Positions 48,230-55,069 of a DNA stretch of 55,069 nucleotides are shown here, piece by piece (the stretch's first letter is position 1; each line of letters begins with the position of its first letter). The notes beneath the pieces are model-generated. The model searched no databases. It saw only the letters and a list, made by a program, of their open reading frames with translations, and was not told the origin of the DNA. Source of the DNA: a virus (taxonomy: Duplodnaviria > Caudoviricetes); IMG/VR virus record IMGVR_UViG_3300024999_002465, positions 1-55,069 of that record. One strand, written 5' to 3'. The position numbers and the translations under genes were made by a program.

Positions 48230-48332
48230 AAAACTATCGCCTTAAATCTACACACACAAAAAGAACCCATATTCCTATGGATTCTTCTCTGAAACTATGA
48301 TACAATTCTATTGTAATGAATATAATAAACCC

Positions 48333-49139
48333 TTATACAGCTTGTTGCTCTAACAACAGGCTTTTCTTTTTGTCTAAAATCTTCTTGATAAATTCAAGAG
48401 ACTTCACAGTACACAATGTCGTGCAAATATTTGTCACACCATCACTAGTCCTTCTTGGAATAATCTTAACTTTGAATAAATCAGCCTCAAGATATTGAGA
48501 ATATGGGAGATTCCAATTAAAACCATTGTCAGACAGTACATGTTCCTCTCTCAATATTTTCATGAGTGTATTTCTTCCGCAAAACCCAAACGTATTAGCA
48601 ACTTGCTTAAAATTCATTAAATCTTTTTGATCAATTAACTCATCATAAATCTCAACTTTTGGTCTCTGATCTTCTAATTGTTGTTCAAATAACAATCTCT
48701 TTTGCTTCTCTTCTTTCAACTGGTTTGCTAATTGAATAATAAAATCTGGATCATTTAAAGTCTTTTCAATTACATCTTCGGTCATATAAACACCATGCTT
48801 GCGGATAGAAGGAAGGACTTCAGAAGTAATCCATTTTTTAAATAACTTTGCTTCTGATTTTTTACTACCAAGTATAGCACTATATAATCCAGATTCATTA
48901 ATAAAATACATGCCTTGCGAGTTCACATTTTCGAGTCCGATTGAAACGGAGTCGGAATAATTTAGTTTAATTTTATCGTCTTCATCTAATCTATCTAACA
49001 TATTCGCAGTTTTAGAATAATCAAGAATATCTGCAATATCCTTTGCTATAAACAAGGGTTCTCCATCTTTAATAAATACCCTAAAATTACCAAATTTATC
49101 ATTTTCAAATGATGTTAAATTACTCACAATCAACACCAT
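48333..49139 (-). CDS. Phage antirepressor (BRO-N plus KilA-C/ANT)
   Basis: FIAKDIA.IL.Y, INESGLYS.IL.S....A..FKKWITSEVLPSIRKHG.Y, DPDF, PKV..YD, GRN.L. Confidence 0.92.
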   Translation of the reverse strand: MVLIVSNLTSFENDKFGNFRVFIKDGEPLFIAKDIADILDYSKTANMLDRLDEDDKIKLNYSDSVSIGLENVNSQGMYFINESGLYSAILGSKKSEAKLFKKWITSEVLPSIRKHGVYMTEDVIEKTLNDPDFIIQLANQLKEEKQKRLLFEQQLEDQRPKVEIYDELIDQKDLMNFKQVANTFGFCGRNTLMKILREEHVLSDNGFNWNLPYSQYLEADLFKVKIIPRRTSDGVTNICTTLCTVKSLEFIKKILDKKKSLLLEQQAV

Positions 49140-49602
49140 CCTTATACCCTAAAATCTTGTAATACAAGCATGAATCACAAATTGGAATGTCTAGTTTTTC
49201 ATTATCAAACTTAGAACCATACCCACCAATGCCCCGTATAGACCATTTTGTTTCATAAGGTTCATCAATAATCTTACGACATTTAAAGCATCTAATAGGC
49301 ATTGAACTAATACAGAAATCAATTTTGTGATTCTGTAACTCAATACTTATAACCGAACCATAAATATCTTCACCCTCAGTTAACATAATCTCAACAATTT
49401 GATCCTTATCAACCAATATCTCTTGCCTAGTACGAATACTATTATTGCCACCATCATAAAGTGTCAAAGTATCCTCGCTATCATTCCATCTAAAAGATTG
49501 ATAGGTGCTTACTGTCCACAATGGATTCGTGCCAACTTCAATTTGTTTACCTAAATAGTTACCTAAAAACTGAATCATTTCTTGAACATCAATTTTTCTC
49601 AC
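49120..49602 (-). CDS. Hypothetical protein with C-terminal zinc finger
   Basis: CFKC...GYGSKFD....ICDSC; promoter TTGACA-17-TATACT upstream. Confidence 0.7.
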   Translation of the reverse strand: MRKIDVQEMIQFLGNYLGKQIEVGTNPLWTVSTYQSFRWNDSEDTLTLYDGGNNSIRTRQEILVDKDQIVEIMLTEGEDIYGSVISIELQNHKIDFCISSMPIRCFKCRKIIDEPYETKWSIRGIGGYGSKFDNEKLDIPICDSCLYYKILGYKDGVDCE

Positions 49603-49736
49603 GACTTAAGACCCCTTTACTAATTTTTGAGGATTTAATTTCCTCTATCATTAGTATAGGGGTATAGTTTAACAATGTCAACTAAAAGTTTATAGGTATT
49701 GTAAAAAAGTTTATAACTATAAACCATAAATCGATA

Positions 49737-49973
49737 TCATTCTTCGTCTAATATCACATATTCAAAAAGATCAAAAATGCTACAATCTAATACTATACTG
49801 CATTTAATTAACATTTCTATAGGCATATTGGTTGATTTAAAAGCTTTATTTAAATTCTGAGGACTTATTCCCATCTTATTGGCAATCCAAACCTTACTAG
49901 CTCCAGTCCTTTCCTGATATTCATTTACTTTTTCTTCTATCCTATTTGTAATGATAACTTGCATCTCAATCAC
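49737..49973 (-). CDS. XRE/Cro-family HTH regulator
   Basis: WIANKMGISPQNL...IEMLIK....LDCSIFDLF. Confidence 0.85.
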   Translation of the reverse strand: MIEMQVIITNRIEEKVNEYQERTGASKVWIANKMGISPQNLNKAFKSTNMPIEMLIKCSIVLDCSIFDLFEYVILDEE

Positions 49974-50154
49974 TCCTTATCCTATTTATTATACCAAACT
50001 TCATATGTTATAACCACTTGATAAAACATATGTATAAGGAGCAAAAATAAAACAAACCATTAACATCTACCTCTATATCAACATAATATCACACAAACAT
50101 ATCACATGTCAAATAATTTTATTTATTACTTTACAATCTAAACCAACTAAAAAA

Positions 50155-50292
50155 TCATCTTCTCAATTTCTTCAACAATTCACTTGCTCTCTTATTCCTA
50201 GCAATTGCTTTATCGCTTGGTTTTCTCAACAACTCTTCTCTAATCTTATCTGCATATTCGCCTTCTGCTACGGTTGCTTTTTCAAGTTTCAT
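50155..50292 (-). CDS. Small basic protein (45 aa)
   Basis: AAGGTGGAG RBS; MKLEKATVAEGEYADKIREELLRKPSDKAIARN. Confidence 0.55.
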   Translation of the reverse strand: MKLEKATVAEGEYADKIREELLRKPSDKAIARNKRASELLKKLRR

Positions 50293-50500
50293 TATAATCT
50301 CCACCTTTCTGAATATATTTATTTTATACTTTACAAACCTCTATCCGTTATGATATACTGTTCTAAGATAGAAAGGAGTGGATATAATTTGATTAGAGAT
50401 GGGCCTGAGAATATAGATACATAAGGATGTATATTTAATTAATACCCTTACAACCACAGACAAATACAAAAATAAATTATAAGAAAGAAGGAATTAAAAA

Positions 50501-51453
50501 ATGACAAATAATACCACAGAAACAGAACAACAAAATCAACAACCAATTTTAAAAGCAACTCATTTTGGTAAAATAACCATTGGAGATAAAGAATTAACTT
50601 GTGCAGTATTAGAAGATGGAACCAGAATATTATCTACCACAGCAATGTTTAAAGCATTTGATAGACCAAGAAAAGGTAAAAACAAGGAGGAAAATGCATG
50701 GACTGAGATGCCTGTTTTTATGGGTGCAAATAACCTCAAACCCTACGTAGATAAGGCTTTGAGTACAGGGACTCATTTTTCAATTAAGTACATTGCTAAA
50801 GATAAAAGAATATTGGATGGATATAAAGCGGAAATATTACCAATCATCTGTGATATTTATCTTCAAGCTAGACAAGATGGTATTTTACTTCCACAACAAT
50901 TAGATATGGCTCATGCTTCAGAAATTCTTGTTCGTGCTTTATAAGCGTTGTGGGCATCATTGCGCTCATAGATGAATGTACTGGATACCAATCAGAAAGG
51001 GAAAAAGATGAATTGCAGAAACTATTATCTGTATATATTAATTCTGAATTCATTTCTTGGGCTGTTAGATTTCCTGATGAATTTTATAAAGAAATATATA
51101 GATTAAGAGGATGGGAATACAAAGGCAAAGCTAAAACACCATATGTTGGTAAAATTACAAATTGGTTAGCATATTATAGATTGCCAGAAGGGATTTTGGA
51201 AGAATTAAAAAGACTAAATCCAATTCTAAATGAAGCAACAAAATATAGGAAACATAATCTATGGCAAAGATTATCAAAAGAACAAGGTGTTAAGCATTTA
51301 GATATGCTTATTAGTACATTAACCTCAATGATGAGAGGTTGTGACACTTGGGAGGAGTTTGAAAAGTTCTTTAGAAAATCATTTGATGTTTCTATTGAGT
51401 CAACAATAGATAGACCTGTCGTTTTAGAAATTAAAGAAGATCAAGAAGTTTAG
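50501..51453 (+). pseudogene. P63C-domain phage protein broken by frameshift/stop at ~50942
   Basis: CAVLEDGTR...ICDIYLQAR...ILVRAL* then VGIIALIDE.TGYQ.ER.KDELQ...FPDEFY; 8 nt separate the two frames. Confidence 0.8.
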
Positions 51454-51549
51454 CAAAGGAGGAAATAACTATATAGAGATTCTAGTGAGATAGAATCTCT
51501 ATTCTCTTTAATAAATTTTAAAAATAGTAAAGAAAGAATGTGATTAATA

Positions 51550-52350
51550 GTGATAATTACCAAACAAGAATATCAACAAAAGATTGTGAATTCCATTGTA
51601 TTTAAGACCAAAATAATTAGTAGAAATACCATTGACTCCATGAACAACATAACGCTAGAGGAAGTAATATTTCACTACATAGACATAATGGAAGCTCCTA
51701 CAACCATTCAACAATGTCATAATCAAATAACTTGGTTTAGGAAGTATAGTATGGGATTGATCAAAAAACTATTTGAACACTCTGATTACTTAAATAAAAC
51801 CAAAGACAAATATAAAAAGTTCATCAAAGACACAGGAATAACCAACATATCCGACTTTTCACCGCAACAATACGATTTATATGAATCATATCTAAAAACA
51901 ATAAATCATTATCAAAGAACTGAAAAAATGCTCGAAGATATGATAATCAGATATTCTTACAAATTGGCAGATATTTGTGATATTTATGATAAGGAAAATT
52001 TATATTTTCATTCGTTTTGCCAAATCTTAAATATGAATCCTATATCAGCTAAACAAAATATCTTAAGAGAACCAGAAGATCGAAAACATTACTACTATAT
52101 CTTCCGTGGCATAGAAAACGATGGAAGTAACTCAGAGTGGAAACAAAACAAATCAAATGACATGCCATTATTTAATTTACTGCATGAGAGCCTAATTTTA
52201 ACAATTGGAAGAAATAAACAGCTAAAAGATAAAATGAGCGACTTCTTTCTCTATGACATGGGATTTGCAGAACATGCAATGGTAATTAAAGAGGATGCAG
52301 ATGGGAATAAGACATTAGAAAAATATTATCCTCCATTGAGAATGGTTTAA
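51550..52350 (+). CDS. Hypothetical protein
   Basis: 266-aa ORF flanked by hairpins. Confidence 0.7.
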   Translation: MIITKQEYQQKIVNSIVFKTKIISRNTIDSMNNITLEEVIFHYIDIMEAPTTIQQCHNQITWFRKYSMGLIKKLFEHSDYLNKTKDKYKKFIKDTGITNISDFSPQQYDLYESYLKTINHYQRTEKMLEDMIIRYSYKLADICDIYDKENLYFHSFCQILNMNPISAKQNILREPEDRKHYYYIFRGIENDGSNSEWKQNKSNDMPLFNLLHESLILTIGRNKQLKDKMSDFFLYDMGFAEHAMVIKEDADGNKTLEKYYPPLRMV

Positions 52351-52545
52351 TAATACATAAATAATTATATTATAGACTCTATCCACTTAGAGTCTATTTT
52401 CTTTATTAATTTTATCATTTTATAATACAAACCATCATCTAATCACTTAAATCATTCATACCCATACAATCAACAATCCCACCTCAACACAAGCGATCCT
52501 GACGCTTCTCATCACATCTTATCTTATTGCAAACCAACACACAAA

Positions 52546-52576
52546 GAAAAAGACCCTTTGATCAGGTCTTTTCTTA
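52546..52576 (-). terminator. Terminator-like hairpin
   Basis: AAAAGACC / GGTCTTTT. Confidence 0.6.
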
Positions 52577-52606
52577 CACCATACTCAAACAATAAATTTA
52601 TTCCAC

Positions 52607-53509
52607 CTAATCAACCTCAACATAATGAAAATTTATCCACATTGGATTAGCAATACTATTACCAAATAAATCTTTAACATTATCCTTTACAATAACATGA
52701 TATTGCTTACCTTTCTCATATGGAGAATTGTATTTCAAATTAAATGATTTTTTATCATTAGAAACCACAATTGAATAATTTGTTAATTGTTGAATGTTGT
52801 AATCATTTGTTATTAAATTAAAAGTAAGGCTCATCATTCCTGTTGTCTCAAATAATAAAACTGATTCAGTATTTATTGTGGCAGAATCCATTTCTTTAGA
52901 GAATGAAACTTTAACTGTATTTAAAGAATTATTAATATCCAATGGTTGTTTACTATATGGTTTGAAATTAGAAGGAAATACATAAAACTTAAGATTTGAA
53001 AATGATTTTTCTCCTGTATTATTTGAATCATCATTTGCAGTCACTTTATTAATTGTCCAAACTCCAATATCATCAACAGTAAAGTATTTTTGAATAACCC
53101 ATCTCATATCGCCAGCATAAGCATTTAATTTTGTAAGATTTAATGTTTGTTTTCCACTAGGAGTTGTACAATCCATAGAAACATTTGTTATTATGGATGT
53201 TGGAGATGAATTATTTACAGCAATATAAACTGTCATATCTTCTCCAACTATTGCAAAAGAATCTGATGTATTAGCTAAAGAAGCATTCATAGAAGAAATA
53301 TTTAGGGATTGTGTTTCACCATTATCTGATATAACTTGAACGCTAGTAATTTGGATATTAGATGAGGTTGGAGATGGGGTTATTATGGGTATTGGTGATA
53401 TTGTATTGGCAAAAGTTGGAATAATAGATGGGAGTGTGAACAATAGGATGAGAGATAATATGATAGTGGAAATTACGGGTAATAGTTTTTTCATAAATAT
53501 TTCCTCCAT
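52607..53509 (-). CDS. Secreted protein with C-terminal Ig-like (Big_5/SbsA-like) domain
   Basis: Signal peptide; VSFSKEMD..TIN, Y.VIV...VKDLFGN.I. Confidence 0.75.
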   Translation of the reverse strand: MEEIFMKKLLPVISTIILSLILLFTLPSIIPTFANTISPIPIITPSPTSSNIQITSVQVISDNGETQSLNISSMNASLANTSDSFAIVGEDMTVYIAVNNSSPTSIITNVSMDCTTPSGKQTLNLTKLNAYAGDMRWVIQKYFTVDDIGVWTINKVTANDDSNNTGEKSFSNLKFYVFPSNFKPYSKQPLDINNSLNTVKVSFSKEMDSATINTESVLLFETTGMMSLTFNLITNDYNIQQLTNYSIVVSNDKKSFNLKYNSPYEKGKQYHVIVKDNVKDLFGNSIANPMWINFHYVEVD

Positions 53510-53755
53510 TTACTTTTTTGTGATTATTTGGATTTGTTTGTTGATTGTATTATATAGCAAAAAGGAGGAAATAGCGAGATTTTTATTGTTATTTATTTCG
53601 ACATTATTTTATTTATTGATTTAATTAATAATTTAACTACAATATTACAACAATTGTCGCAAAACAATTAATAATGTCACATACCATACAAAATAACTAA
53701 ATTATGGTATTGTATTAACTGTATTAACAAAAATTAAAGAAAAGGAGAATAAAAC

Positions 53756-54229
53756 ATGAAAATTATTGGGTTTAGGTCAAACAAGTCATGGAAGAAAATA
53801 TTGGCCACAATTGGGTATTTTATGATCTTATCTGTTCTTATGGTCACATTTGTTGGATGCAATAGTGATGTTAGTAGCAAAACTATTCCAACTGTTGCTC
53901 AAGAGCAAAAAGTAGAAGAAATACAAAAAGATAGAACTGAAGCAGAAATGATAAAAGAAGAAATTCCAGTTGTTGATTCTACACCTATTGTGGTTCCTGT
54001 GGTTACACCTGAACCTGAAGTTAAGAATGAAGTTACTGAAAAACCAAAAGAAAATACTGTAACTCAAAATACAAGTCAAGCAAATAGTGAGGTAATTGTC
54101 TATAGAGGGAATACAGGCACAAAATATCATAAAAGTGGTTGTAGGACATTGAAAAATGGTCAAATAGAAATGACATTAAGCGAAGCTAAAAGTATGGGAT
54201 TGGGAGCATGTAAGGTTTGTAATCCGTGA
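53756..54229 (+). CDS. Lipoprotein with C-terminal Ada-like zinc-binding domain
   Basis: GFRS.K.WKK, lipobox FVGC, TGTKYH..GC..L...EA...G..ACKVC. Confidence 0.75.
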   Translation: MKIIGFRSNKSWKKILATIGYFMILSVLMVTFVGCNSDVSSKTIPTVAQEQKVEEIQKDRTEAEMIKEEIPVVDSTPIVVPVVTPEPEVKNEVTEKPKENTVTQNTSQANSEVIVYRGNTGTKYHKSGCRTLKNGQIEMTLSEAKSMGLGACKVCNP

Positions 54230-54245
54230 TTATGGAAAGGGAAGA

Positions 54246-54746
54246 CTAATCTTCCCTTTTACTTTTGCAAATGATAACCGGATATCCATTACTTTGCACC
54301 ATATATTCTTCTTTTAACTCTTTATTTGCTCTAACTCTTATGTATCCCAATCTCTCCAATTCACCACGCATTTTACGAAGTTGAATATTGGTAACTTCCC
54401 ATCTATATTCTTTAGACAAATATAATACAATTTCTTTTTCAGTTGTATAATTATTTTCACTTACTAACTTCTCAACAACTGAAACGATATTTTCAACTCT
54501 TTCATCGCTTTTCTTAGTTGTGGTTCTATCCTTAACCGATTCTATTATTTCTCCTGTTTCATAATCGATATCCTTAGAAGCAACCTTTTTATATTGAGGA
54601 TAAATATTTTGTGCAACTTCTAAGCCTTCAGTTCTATAAAACATCTCATATGAAGTTCCTTTAACCGTATATCCATTTTGTTTCCATTTAACTCCTTGGG
54701 ATTCAATATTATTAAGTTGATCAAATACCCATGAAGGAATAGAAGT
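54246..54746 (-). pseudogene. 5'-truncated remnant of a larger phage protein
   Basis: Frame is open upstream of ATG 54644 (TSIPSWVFDQL...) up to the TAA of the preceding gene; no RBS. Confidence 0.55.
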
Positions 54747-55067
54747 TTATTTATTACAAATTATCAAGGGATATCCACTAGTAGATATATTGTATATTTT
54801 CTTTAATTCACTATTTGCTCTAATCATAGATAGTCCTAAATTTTCAAGTTCTTTGTTAACTAAAGTATTAAATTCTTTTTTATAATACCATTTTGCTGTT
54901 TCTTTCGCACAGTCATAAATAGTTGCAAACTTATTTATAATGTCATCTATAGTAAAGAATATTTCTCCAGAAAAAGATTTAAGGCAATCAACGAATATCC
55001 CAAATCTTTCATCTTGAGTATTTTTACCATGCCTTGGTTTAACCTCACCACATTCTATCAGTTTAAA
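54747..55067 (-). CDS. 3' part of a paralogue of the 23404-24213 protein (5' end outside window)
   Basis: FFTIDDIINKFATIYDC vs YFMTEDIIEEFAKVYDC; ends IRANSELKKIYNISTSGYPLIICNK*. Confidence 0.75.
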   Translation of the reverse strand, partial: FKLIECGEVKPRHGKNTQDERFGIFVDCLKSFSGEIFFTIDDIINKFATIYDCAKETAKWYYKKEFNTLVNKELENLGLSMIRANSELKKIYNISTSGYPLIICNK

Positions 55068-55069
55068 AT

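Noticed and set aside
79-54163. Numerous short opposite-strand ORFs in the track (e.g. 79-321, 7674-8030, 18796-19113, 53828-54163)
   Set aside because: Shadow ORFs overlapping well-supported genes; no RBS or motifs
50942-54749. Stop-codon reassignment suggested by internal TAA stops
   Set aside because: All three stop codons end normal genes; one case is a frameshift and the other a natural C-terminus
1-55069. tRNA, rRNA, IS transposase, reverse transcriptase/DGR
   Set aside because: None recognised by eye; tRNAscan and HMM searches were not run

Overview
AT-rich ~55 kb segment of a large temperate Firmicutes phage, probably a phage-plasmid (SPbeta/c-st-like gene content; a spore-forming clostridial host is inferred, not shown). 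Left (+): nucleotide metabolism (class II RNR 3' end, NUDIX, thyA, dfrA, guanylate kinase, deoxyribosyltransferase-like), free-standing homing endonucleases and many small ORFs. 10.9-13.7 kb: plasmid-type replicon with a Rep carrying a C-terminal DnaA-N domain, five DnaA boxes, iteron-like repeats, a candidate counter-transcribed RNA and ParM/ParR/parC. 15-20 kb: minimal conjugation-like module (two pilin-like membrane proteins, TrwB/VirD4/HerA-type ATPase, membrane-anchored M23 peptidase) with sporulation-sigma-like promoters, then a DGQHR/DndB-like gene. Right (mostly -): accessory nucleases and regulators, lysis cassette, tail genes, and a tape measure gene split by a 341-nt ORF-less group I intron. 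Non-coding highlights are three sequence-unrelated 3-way-junction leader RNAs with palindromic and anti-SD loops, a dispersed 27-bp palindrome, and cassette-boundary-like motifs. Several frameshifts suggest decay or sequencing error. All calls come from reading motifs by eye; no database search was run.
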